From: Chitinophagaceae bacterium
Lineage (GTDB): Bacteria; Bacteroidota; Bacteroidia; Chitinophagales; JADJOU01
Assembly: GCA_017495115.1 (NCBI GenBank)
Contig: JAFEIJ010000005.1
Coordinates: 93,423 to 157,422 of the forward strand
Reading direction: 5' to 3'
Length of the DNA stretch: 64,000 bases
A model generated the notes under the pieces. That model made no database searches. It was not told where the DNA came from and saw only the letters and a program-made list of their open reading frames with translations. The translations under genes and the position numbers were made by a program. How positions within the stretch are numbered: the stretch's first letter is position 1; every line of letters begins with the position of its first letter. Positions 28,316-38,162 of this stretch are shown in pieces.

Positions 28316-29026
28316 ATGATTTCTATTCTTTTTGAAGATGAACATGTTGTAGCAGTAAATAAACCATCAGGTGTTTTAACTATTAAAGACCGTTTGGGTA
28401 TAGAAAAAAATTTATATGATACGCTAAAAATAAATTATCCTGAGCTGTATTTGATTCATCGTATCGATCGAGAAACTTCGGGGCTTCTTTTATTTGCCAA
28501 AAGCAAAGAGTCTCAAAAAAGATTTTCTTTTTTATTCGAAAATCATCATATTGTAAAAATTTATCATGCCATCGTGCAAGGTCGACCTAGTTTGGATGAA
28601 GGAATGATTGAAAATTATATTCAAGAAAATCCACAAAAGCCCGGCTCTTATCGTGTAGGAAATCAAAAAGGAAAGCTTGCCATTAGTTTTTTTAAATGCT
28701 TAGAGGTCTATAAAAGACATAGTCTAGTTGGTTTTGATATTCGAACAGGACGAACCCATCAAATTCGTGTTCATGCCTCTCATATTGGCGTGCCTCTTGC
28801 TTATGACCCATTATATAATTTGAATTCAGGGATTTTTGTGTCTTCACTAAAACCAAAATTTAAATCTAAGATAGATCAAGAAGAACGTTCTATAATCCAA
28901 AGACTTTCTTTACATGCTTTTTCAATTCATTTAGTGCATCCATTTACTGAAAAAGAGCTTTATGTCGAGGCGCCGCATCCTATTGATTTTTCTAAAACTA
29001 TAGATATATTAAGAAAATATTCATAA
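28316..29026 (+). CDS. RluA-family pseudouridine synthase
   Basis: HRIDRETSGLLLFAK catalytic Asp motif and GRTHQIRVH motif. Confidence 0.88.
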   Translation: MISILFEDEHVVAVNKPSGVLTIKDRLGIEKNLYDTLKINYPELYLIHRIDRETSGLLLFAKSKESQKRFSFLFENHHIVKIYHAIVQGRPSLDEGMIENYIQENPQKPGSYRVGNQKGKLAISFFKCLEVYKRHSLVGFDIRTGRTHQIRVHASHIGVPLAYDPLYNLNSGIFVSSLKPKFKSKIDQEERSIIQRLSLHAFSIHLVHPFTEKELYVEAPHPIDFSKTIDILRKYS

Positions 29027-29044
29027 TTAAATATAAACCTAATT

Positions 29045-30262
29045 TTGATTAAACGTCTAAAAGTTCCATTTTTTTTTGCTATTAAGTATATTTTCCTTAA
29101 AAAAAATAATAGGGCAATAAACATTTTAAGTATAATCACCATGTTATCAATGGCTGTTGGTTCTATGGCTATGATAATCGTAATGTCTGTCTTTAATGGC
29201 TTTGAAACATTAGCAATAAATTTGTATGAAAGTTTCGAACCTCAGTTATCTATTACCCCATCCAAAGGAAAAGTTGTTCATCTTGATGATTTTTTAATAG
29301 ATAAAATTAAAGCTACTGAAGGTGTCGAAAATGTGTCTTTAATTTTGGAGTCAAAAGCGTATTTTAAATATAGAGATAAAGAGACCATTGCAATATTAAA
29401 AGGCGTAGAACCTTCGTATTTTAAAACAAATAAAATTTCGGATTTTTTAATAGTTGGCGATACATTATTAGAAGACGCGAATAATTCTTATGCAATGTTA
29501 GGGTTAAATATTGCTGAAAAGCTTCAAATAAAAGTAGATGATCCATTCGAATCTTTAGCTGTTTATGTTCCAAAATCAAGTCAGCAAATTGGAATTGCGG
29601 GTGACATGCCTTTCGAGCATTCCTATATTTCTCCAAGAAGCGTATTTAGTGTATATCAAGAATATGATGAAAAATATGTCATTGTTCCGATTTCATTTGT
29701 TCAATATCTTACTGGAAATTCGGACTTCTCAATTTCTTCAATAGAAATTTCAATAAATCAAAGTGAAGCACTTGTGAAAGATAGGCTTTCTAAAATTCTG
29801 AAAAATAAATGGAAAATTAGTAATCGATTAGAGAAAAATCAAACACTTTACAAGTTGACAAAAGTTGAAAAAATGATAACGTATTTGGTTATGGGATTTA
29901 TTTTATTCATTTTATCACTAAATTTTATCGGTTCTTTAACCATGCATTTTTTAGAAAAACAGAAAGATTTAAAAGTACTCTTATATCTTGGTATCAATAG
30001 ACTTCAAATACAACGTATTTATTTACTCATTGGTTTTTTGCAGTCTTTTGTTGGGGGTGTTTTAGGTTTATTATTTGGTGTTTTTGTTTTAGTTGTCCAA
30101 TATTTTTTTGAAATAATTAAAATGCCTGGTAGTGGCACGTTTGTGATTTCGGCATATCCTGTAGAAATACGAATTTTGGATATTTTTTTCATTTTATTTT
30201 TAGTAGTATTAATTTCGTTTTTAATGGCATTATGGCCGGCTTATCGAGCAAAAAATGTTTAA
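29045..30262 (+). CDS. FtsX/LolC-LolE-like ABC transporter permease
   Basis: N-terminal FAIKYIFLKKNNRAINILSIITMLSMAVGSMAMIIVMSVFNGFE, a large periplasmic loop and C-terminal 3-TM FtsX topology. TTG start. Confidence 0.75.
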   Translation: MIKRLKVPFFFAIKYIFLKKNNRAINILSIITMLSMAVGSMAMIIVMSVFNGFETLAINLYESFEPQLSITPSKGKVVHLDDFLIDKIKATEGVENVSLILESKAYFKYRDKETIAILKGVEPSYFKTNKISDFLIVGDTLLEDANNSYAMLGLNIAEKLQIKVDDPFESLAVYVPKSSQQIGIAGDMPFEHSYISPRSVFSVYQEYDEKYVIVPISFVQYLTGNSDFSISSIEISINQSEALVKDRLSKILKNKWKISNRLEKNQTLYKLTKVEKMITYLVMGFILFILSLNFIGSLTMHFLEKQKDLKVLLYLGINRLQIQRIYLLIGFLQSFVGGVLGLLFGVFVLVVQYFFEIIKMPGSGTFVISAYPVEIRILDIFFILFLVVLISFLMALWPAYRAKNV

Positions 30263-30267
30263 TTTAA

Positions 30268-31152
30268 ATGAAAAGAAAAGTTGCTTTAATTGTAAAGAGT
30301 AAAAGTAATGTCGATTTCATTATTGAATATTTTTCTCAAAATAGTATTGATGTAAATTATTTCCGTATTTCTAAAGATACAAATCCTCAAGAACTTATTT
30401 TAGATTTGGAAAGTAAGTGCATTTTTGAAATAGTACTTATGGGAGGTGATGGAACGTTACATTTTTGGATCAATCAATTTATAAAATATGCGACGGATTT
30501 TAGTAGTTATAAATTTGGGATTTTACCTTTTGGTACAGGAAATGACTGGGTAAAAATGCATTATGGAAAACAAGCTAGTATAAATCAAATTCTTGAAATA
30601 ATAGTAAAGGGAGATTGTCGTTATCAAGATATTGGGTTTGTTTCGTCTAGAAATAATACAGACCCTTTTTATTTTATAAATGTATGTGGAATTGGTTTTA
30701 ATGGTTATGTTATTGAGAATTTAAAGTATTTTAAATTTTTAGGATCTATCTCGTACTTTATTTCTGTTTTATATAGTTTTTGGACTTTTAAGTCCAAAAA
30801 TTTAAAGTTAAATTGTAATAAATTGCAATGGGATGATAAAATATTTATGGTTTCAATAGCAATAAATCAATATGCCGGAGGCGGCATGAAAATTGCACCA
30901 AATGCGATATGTAATGATGGATTATTTGACGTAATGGTTATTTCGAAAATTTCTATAACGGACTTGTTTAAAAATATTTTTAAATTAAATAGTGGAAACT
31001 TTGTTAAGAATATCAGTATGCATCATTTTAGAACTTCAAATTTATTTATTGAAAACCAAAATAACTTAATTTTTGAGGCAGACGGAGAAGCATATGAGAA
31101 TAGATTTTATTCTATTTCAACACATTCTCAAAAGCTTTGTTTCTATAATTAA
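30268..31152 (+). CDS. Diacylglycerol-kinase-family lipid kinase (YegS/BmrU-like)
   Basis: GGDGTLH and GILPFGTGNDW motifs. Confidence 0.8.
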   Translation: MKRKVALIVKSKSNVDFIIEYFSQNSIDVNYFRISKDTNPQELILDLESKCIFEIVLMGGDGTLHFWINQFIKYATDFSSYKFGILPFGTGNDWVKMHYGKQASINQILEIIVKGDCRYQDIGFVSSRNNTDPFYFINVCGIGFNGYVIENLKYFKFLGSISYFISVLYSFWTFKSKNLKLNCNKLQWDDKIFMVSIAINQYAGGGMKIAPNAICNDGLFDVMVISKISITDLFKNIFKLNSGNFVKNISMHHFRTSNLFIENQNNLIFEADGEAYENRFYSISTHSQKLCFYN

Positions 31153-31214
31153 ATCAAGCTATATGGAATTGGTTTCTATTAACTTTTTTTTCAATAAAAT
31201 CAACTTATTTTTTG

Positions 31215-31222
31215 TATCTTTG
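31215..31222 (+). promoter_or_regulatory. Candidate -7 promoter element (TATCTTTG) for gyrB
   Basis: TAnnTTTG match 53 nt upstream of the gyrB ATG. Confidence 0.3.
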
Positions 31223-31265
31223 TATCTTTTATAAAGCAAAAATATAAGTTTTAATTTTCAATTAA

Positions 31266-33242
<1,977 letters not shown>

Positions 33243-33273
33243 AATAATTATAAAATTCTAAAATTCATTTGAT

Positions 33274-33648
33274 TTGTCTAATAAAAAAACACAAGAATTA
33301 ACACTTAAAAAAGTACAAGCTATAATTACCTCTCTTGATGACCGAAAAGCTCAAGAAGTTGTTTCGATAGATTTAAGAAATAATGAAGACGCACCTGTAG
33401 ATTTTATAATTGTTTGTCATGGTGATAGTACCACCCAAGTAGACGCTTTTGCATCTAATTTGTCAAAAGACTTTCAAGAAATATTTGGAGAAAAACCTTT
33501 TCGAATAGAAGGGAAATCCAATGCACTATGGGTTATCGTTGATTACATCGATATTGTGGTTCATATTTTTCATAAAGAATTAAGAGACTTTTATTCTATT
33601 GAGGATTTATGGTCGGATAGTCAACAAAAATTACATAATACGATTTAA
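33274..33648 (+). CDS. rsfS: Ribosome silencing factor RsfS (iojap-like)
   Basis: SLDDRKAQEVVSIDLR...DFIIVCHGDSTTQV...WVIVDYIDIVVHIF pattern. Position directly upstream of ftsH. Confidence 0.85.
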   Translation: MSNKKTQELTLKKVQAIITSLDDRKAQEVVSIDLRNNEDAPVDFIIVCHGDSTTQVDAFASNLSKDFQEIFGEKPFRIEGKSNALWVIVDYIDIVVHIFHKELRDFYSIEDLWSDSQQKLHNTI

Positions 33649-33660
33649 AAAAAAGATATA

Positions 33661-35718
33661 ATGAGTAACGAACAAAGTAATCCTGAAAAAGATATAAACA
33701 ATCCAATCGATCCTCCAAAAAAAATAAATAAAATACCTGCTACAGCAAATAATAATGGTCCAAGTTATTTTTGGATTTATTTAGCATTAATTCTTGTAAT
33801 TGGTTTTACATTTTACTCTAATTATTTTGAGCAAGCTAACGTAACCGAAATTAGTAGAATTAAATTCGATAATTTATATCGAAGTGGCGATGTTGATAAA
33901 ATTATAACTTCCAACGGCGAACGCGCTTTTGTATATATTAAAAAAGAAGCTCTAAAAAAAGAAGAGTTTCAAAAGATTAAGAAAAATCAAACAACAATCA
34001 ATCAAGGTGAGCAGCCCGTATATTTTTTTAGAATATACTCAAATGCTGGATTAGATAAGCATATTAAAGAAGTTCGAGATCGATATCAATTAGAGGACTT
34101 AACCATGGTTCCTAAAACAGAAACCAACGGTTTTATGAGTATTTTATCGATGATTTTACCGGCTTTAGTATTTGTAGGTTTATGGTATCTGATAATGCGT
34201 CGAATGGGAGGTGGCGGTGGCGGCTTTCCTGGCGGTGGAATTTTTAGTATTGGTAAATCAAAAGCAGCATTATTTGATGAAAATAGTTTAGATCAAATTA
34301 CGTTTGAACAAGTTGCTGGCTTGGATGAAGAAAAAGTCGAAGTTATGGAAATCGTGAATTTCTTAAAAGATCCAGGCAAATATACTAAATTAGGCGGTAA
34401 AATTCCTAAAGGTGCTTTATTAGTTGGCCCTCCAGGTACTGGTAAAACCTTATTAGCCAAGGCGATGGCTGGTGAAGCGAAAGTTCCTTTTTTCAGTATT
34501 TCCGGTTCCGATTTTGTAGAAATGTTTGTTGGAGTAGGAGCGAGTAGAGTTCGTGATTTATTCCGACAAGCTCGTGAAAAAGCGCCTTGTATTGTTTTTA
34601 TTGATGAAATTGATGCCGTAGGTCGTTCTAGAAATAAAGGTATGATGGGCGGTGGAAATGACGAAAGAGAAAGTACTTTAAATCAGTTGTTGGTAGAAAT
34701 GGATGGATTCGGTTCGGACAAAGCCATAATTATGCTAGCTGCTACGAATAGACCTGAAATTCTTGACGATGCGCTTTTGCGTCCTGGTCGATTTGATCGT
34801 CAAATTCATATTGATCGTCCTGATTTAAAAGGAAGAGAACAAATATTTAATGTGCATTTAAAGCCCATTAAAACAGGTACTGATGTGGATCCTCAAAAAC
34901 TTTCAGAGCTAACTCCAGGAATGGTTGGTGCTGATATTGCAAATATTTGTAATGAAGCTGCTTTGGTTGCTGCAAGAAAAAACAAAGAAGAGGTTAATAT
35001 GCAAGACTTTAATGACGCTATAGATCGCGTTACCACAGGTCTTGAAAAGAAAAATATGATTATTTCTCCTGAAGAGAAAAAGTCAATTGCCTATCATGAA
35101 GCGGGGCATGCACTTACAAGTTGGTATCTCGAACATGCACATCCATTTATTCGTGTTACAATTATTCCTAGAAGCGAATCGCTTGGTCATGCATTGTATT
35201 TGCCAAAAGAAAAATATTTAACGATTAAAGAAGAGTTAGCCGATAGAATATGCGTTTCGCTTGGTGGAAGAGCTGCAGAAAAAATTATCTTCAATCAGAT
35301 TTCAACGGGTGCATTAAGTGATTTAGATCATGTAACTCAAATTGCCTATTCTATGGTTACTGTTTATGGGATGAGCGAAAAAGTAGGCAATGTTTCATTT
35401 TATCGAATGGCACAACAATCTTATGAGAAGCCGTATTCTGCTGAAACAAGCCGTTTAATTGATGAGGAAGTTCGTGCTATAATCGATGAGCAATATCAAA
35501 GAGCGATTGACTTGTTAAATAGTAAAAAATTGGAATTGGATTTATTAGCAAAAGAATTATTAGAAAAAGAAGTTCTTCATAAAGATGATTTAATAAAATT
35601 ATTTGGTAAAAGACCTTGGGATGAAGATCGAGAGAAAGAAGTAGCTCATCATGAAGTTCCATCCGAAGATACTCCATTGTCAAATGATATCATTTCAGAA
35701 GAAGATCCAATAAAATAA
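33661..35718 (+). CDS. ftsH: ATP-dependent zinc metalloprotease FtsH
   Basis: [13 protein letters not shown] Walker [10 protein letters not shown] Walker B, SRH region [19 protein letters not shown], and HEAGHAL zinc site. Confidence 0.97.
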   Translation: MSNEQSNPEKDINNPIDPPKKINKIPATANNNGPSYFWIYLALILVIGFTFYSNYFEQANVTEISRIKFDNLYRSGDVDKIITSNGERAFVYIKKEALKKEEFQKIKKNQTTINQGEQPVYFFRIYSNAGLDKHIKEVRDRYQLEDLTMVPKTETNGFMSILSMILPALVFVGLWYLIMRRMGGGGGGFPGGGIFSIGKSKAALFDENSLDQITFEQVAGLDEEKVEVMEIVNFLKDPGKYTKLGGKIPKGALLVGPPGTGKTLLAKAMAGEAKVPFFSISGSDFVEMFVGVGASRVRDLFRQAREKAPCIVFIDEIDAVGRSRNKGMMGGGNDERESTLNQLLVEMDGFGSDKAIIMLAATNRPEILDDALLRPGRFDRQIHIDRPDLKGREQIFNVHLKPIKTGTDVDPQKLSELTPGMVGADIANICNEAALVAARKNKEEVNMQDFNDAIDRVTTGLEKKNMIISPEEKKSIAYHEAGHALTSWYLEHAHPFIRVTIIPRSESLGHALYLPKEKYLTIKEELADRICVSLGGRAAEKIIFNQISTGALSDLDHVTQIAYSMVTVYGMSEKVGNVSFYRMAQQSYEKPYSAETSRLIDEEVRAIIDEQYQRAIDLLNSKKLELDLLAKELLEKEVLHKDDLIKLFGKRPWDEDREKEVAHHEVPSEDTPLSNDIISEEDPIK

Positions 35719-35727
35719 TTTTTTTAA

Positions 35728-36549
35728 ATGTATATAAAAAGCCTATTAGTTTTAATTACTATTGTTTTTGTTTCTTGTGGTAAAGATCCAGGAATTCCGG
35801 CCTTTATTTATTTGAAAAATGCAAATATCTCAGGTCCTGCAAATTTCGGAGACATGGTACCTGATATTTATGGGTGTAAATTAGAAGTTGCCTCACAAAA
35901 TAGAGGTTATTGGCAGTTTCCTTCTTTAGTTCCAGTTTTATTTCAAGATTCACAAACCGTATCAATTTATCCATTGGTTAGGGTTAATAATTTGTCTACA
36001 AATTATGAAAGTTACCCGATGTTAGAACCTTATTTCACTAATTTTTTTCTAGTACCAAAAAAAGTAGACACGATTTCGGTTCCTTTTAAATATAGTGAAT
36101 CAGTTAAACTACTTATGACGGATGGTTTTGAAGGAGGAAATCCTTTCGGGAATAGTAAAATCGTTTCAGCACTCGGTCGCAATAATTCAAACGCTTTACA
36201 AATAGATGTCGTTAGTTCAATGCAAGAGTCATTAATTATGGCAATTAATAGTAATGAAGTGATTTGTAAACCAGGAAGTGAAATTTGGCTTGAATTTGAC
36301 TATAAAATGACTAAAGGTGCTTTAATTCCTGCATTGTCTTACTCTGATGCTAATGGAAAACAAATTGATTTATATGCTCAGAACTTTTTAAAACCAAACG
36401 CTAATTTTACAAGAGTATATTGGAAGTTTTCTGAGTTAGTTGGTGTCGCTAATGTCACAAATCTTAGATTAAATTTCATTTTACTTGCTGAGCAAGGACA
36501 AAAAGAAGCCACAACATTAATTGATAATGTTCGGTTATTGCAATTGTAA
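35728..36549 (+). CDS. Hypothetical lipoprotein
   Basis: Lipobox IVFVSCGK. 273 aa. No motif recognised. Confidence 0.55.
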   Translation: MYIKSLLVLITIVFVSCGKDPGIPAFIYLKNANISGPANFGDMVPDIYGCKLEVASQNRGYWQFPSLVPVLFQDSQTVSIYPLVRVNNLSTNYESYPMLEPYFTNFFLVPKKVDTISVPFKYSESVKLLMTDGFEGGNPFGNSKIVSALGRNNSNALQIDVVSSMQESLIMAINSNEVICKPGSEIWLEFDYKMTKGALIPALSYSDANGKQIDLYAQNFLKPNANFTRVYWKFSELVGVANVTNLRLNFILLAEQGQKEATTLIDNVRLLQL

Positions 36550-36556
36550 AGGCTTG

Positions 36557-37228
36557 TTAATCCAATCTAAATTCGACTTCATCTACCTTTGTTTTTTCTT
36601 CACATTTACAATTGTATGCTTTTTTAAGTTCGTAGAGTTTTTTAGTTTTACGGATTGCCTCTTCATCGCATCCTCCTCCAACAGAATTGACAACTTTAAT
36701 ATTTTCAATTGAACAATCTTTTTTGAGTTCATAAGTCAATCGAACAATACCTTGGATTTCATTCTAAACGGCATAATTTGGATATCTTAAATCTAACTCA
36801 ATTTCAGGCTCTAAAGCAATATTGTTTGAATAATCATAACGTTCATAGACATACCCATATTCTGTTTTTTTTATTTTTTTCCAAACGCCCACTTTAATAT
36901 CCTCTTTTTACATTCCTTGTTCATTTATTCTTGTAGAATATGAATATGTAGTCCATAGACTGTCTTTTTTTCCATTTTTAAAATAACCCATTTCTTTTAT
37001 TACTTGTTTTTGAATGGCTGTATCTGTTATAAAATCATGAATTGTATATGTTATAAAACAAAAGAATTTTTGATAAAGCCCTTCTTTAATTGTTTTATTT
37101 TCTCGTTTTACTTGATAAACTTCAGACACATTTTTGCCACAATTTCGTATGATTACTTTATTAAGTTCTTGACTGTTTAATACTAAAGTAAATAGAATTA
37201 GAACACTACTCGTGATTATTTTTTTCAT
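36557..37228 (-). pseudogene. Secreted MORN/YwqK-repeat + TonB-C-like domain gene interrupted by two in-frame stop codons
   Basis: ORFs 36908..37228 and 36557..36739 are in the same frame (the offset of 489 is 163x3). Hand translation of the gap is also in that frame: ...INEQGM*KEDIKVGVWKKIKKTEYGYVYERYDYSNNIALEPEIELDLRYPNYAV*NEIQGIVRLTYELKKDCSIENIKVVNSVGGGCDEEAIR. The stops are TAA at 36908-36910 and TAG at 36764-36766. Confidence 0.6.
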
Positions 37229-37275
37229 AATATTTAAATTTAAACAAACATAACGTAAATATTTTTTAATTTATT

Positions 37276-37887
37276 TTATTTCATATAAAATTTATCTTCT
37301 TCCCACTTTATAGGGTTATTGATGATATATTCCGAAATATTATTATACGCTAGCTCATTTCTAATAATATGTTCGTAATAATTTCGTTGCCAAAATTTTC
37401 CCATTACTTCATCTCTAGACTTATAAATTTCAAGGCAGCCATTCGCTACCAATGATTTATATGCACCCACGATATCTGAAATTGAAGGATTTTTTTGTTG
37501 GGGTTCCGGTTGGGGCAACCCTTGTGGTTGCCCTTCATCAAAATGGTCAGGGGCGAGCCCTGACCATACAGGGGCATCGTTATTTTTCGGATCAGGGGCG
37601 AGCCCTGACCCTACGGGTAACAACGATATAATTCCGTGTATATGATTTGGCATAATTTGAAAAACGTCTAATTCAAAATTCGAAAATCGTTTTGCTAATT
37701 TAATCCATTCATTATATGCTATTAATCCAAATTCATTTAAAATCATTTCACCATTTATGACTTCTCCAAATCGATTAATTCTATCTTGACAACAAATCGT
37801 TATAAAATATAGACCTGCCTTGGAGTAATCATATCCTTTTAATCGAATAGACCTTCGGTTATGTATTTGGGGGTTATAATTTTTCAT
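37276..37887 (-). CDS. REP-associated (RayT-like) HUH/Y1 tyrosine transposase, IS200/IS605 TnpA superfamily
   Basis: HUH motif QIMPNHIHGII. C-terminal Tyr motif FWQRNYYEHIIRNE. N-terminal RRSIRLKGYDYS...YFITICC. A GC-rich Gly/Pro/Ala linker is encoded by palindromic repeats. Confidence 0.8.
   Translation of the reverse strand: MKNYNPQIHNRRSIRLKGYDYSKAGLYFITICCQDRINRFGEVINGEMILNEFGLIAYNEWIKLAKRFSNFELDVFQIMPNHIHGIISLLPVGSGLAPDPKNNDAPVWSGLAPDHFDEGQPQGLPQPEPQQKNPSISDIVGAYKSLVANGCLEIYKSRDEVMGKFWQRNYYEHIIRNELAYNNISEYIINNPIKWEEDKFYMK
37513..37533. repeat. B-type GC-rich hairpin inside the transposase ORF (GGGCAACC-cttgt-GGTTGCCC)
   Basis: Perfect 8-bp inverted repeat with a 5-nt loop. Encodes GQPQGLP in the transposase frame. 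Confidence 0.85.
37545..37569 (-). repeat. A-type REP-like hairpin copy 1, inside the transposase ORF
   Basis: Minus-strand reading GTAT-GGTCAGGG-CTCGC-CCCTGACC. Perfect 8-bp stem. Confidence 0.85.
37590..37614 (-). repeat. A-type REP-like hairpin copy 2, inside the transposase ORF
   Basis: Minus-strand reading GTAG-GGTCAGGG-CTCGC-CCCTGATC, with one stem mismatch. It lies 45 nt from copy 1. Confidence 0.85.
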
Positions 37888-37916
37888 TTTCAGCGTTTTA
37901 TTATAAAATCAGAATC

Positions 37917-37924
37917 CAAAAATA
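37917..37924 (-). promoter_or_regulatory. Candidate -7 promoter element (TATTTTTG on the minus strand) for the transposase
   Basis: TAnnTTTG match 30 nt upstream of the ATG at 37887. Confidence 0.3.
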
Positions 37925-37976
37925 AAAATTTTTTATATAATAATTCGTTTTTTAGACGATTTCTCTACCTTAGTCG

Positions 37977-37997
37977 GGGTAATCTTAACGGTTACCC
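37977..37997. repeat. B-type hairpin (GGGTAATC-ttaac-GGTTACCC)
   Basis: 8-bp stem (one G-U pair) with a 5-nt loop. Same geometry as the other B copies. Confidence 0.7.
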
Positions 37998-38016
37998 ACC
38001 TTTTTCTTTTTTACCT

Positions 38017-38088
38017 CGTTGGGGCAACCCTCGCGGCTTCGTTGGGGCAACCCTCGCGGCTTCGTTGGGGTAACCCTCGCGGTTGCCC
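38017..38088. repeat. 23-bp GC-rich tandem repeat, about 3 copies (CGTTGGGGCAACCCTCGCGGCTT)
   Basis: Copies 38017-38039 and 38040-38062 are identical. The third copy (38063-38088) is a variant that forms the full hairpin GGGTAACC-ctcgc-GGTTGCCC. Confidence 0.9.
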
Positions 38089-38105
38089 TTCTATCCGTCG
38101 CGTTG

Positions 38106-38135
38106 CCCAAATTAATATTTTGATATTAATTTGGG
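38106..38135. repeat. Perfect 13-bp inverted repeat (CCCAAATTAATAT-tttg-ATATTAATTTGGG)
   Basis: Read directly. It sits between the tandem repeat and REP copy 3. Confidence 0.9.
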
Positions 38136-38160
38136 GGTCAGGGGCAAGCCCTGACCCTAC
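38136..38160 (-). repeat. A-type REP-like hairpin copy 3, directly after the alpha-2-macroglobulin stop codon
   Basis: Minus-strand reading GTAG-GGTCAGGG-CTTGC-CCCTGACC. It starts 2 nt after the TAA at 38165-38163. Confidence 0.85.
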
Positions 38161-38162
38161 GG

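Noticed and set aside
37861-38073. 70-aa + strand ORF (…PRWGNPRGFVGATLAASLG)
   Set aside because: It is generated by the GC-rich tandem repeats and hairpins upstream of the transposase and overlaps the transposase start on the opposite strand. There is no plausible start context.
38017-38088. Possible CRISPR array (GC-rich direct repeats)
   Set aside because: The 23-bp units are directly abutting tandem copies with no spacers. There are only about 3 copies and no cas genes in the window. This is consistent with REP/BIME-type repeats, not CRISPR.
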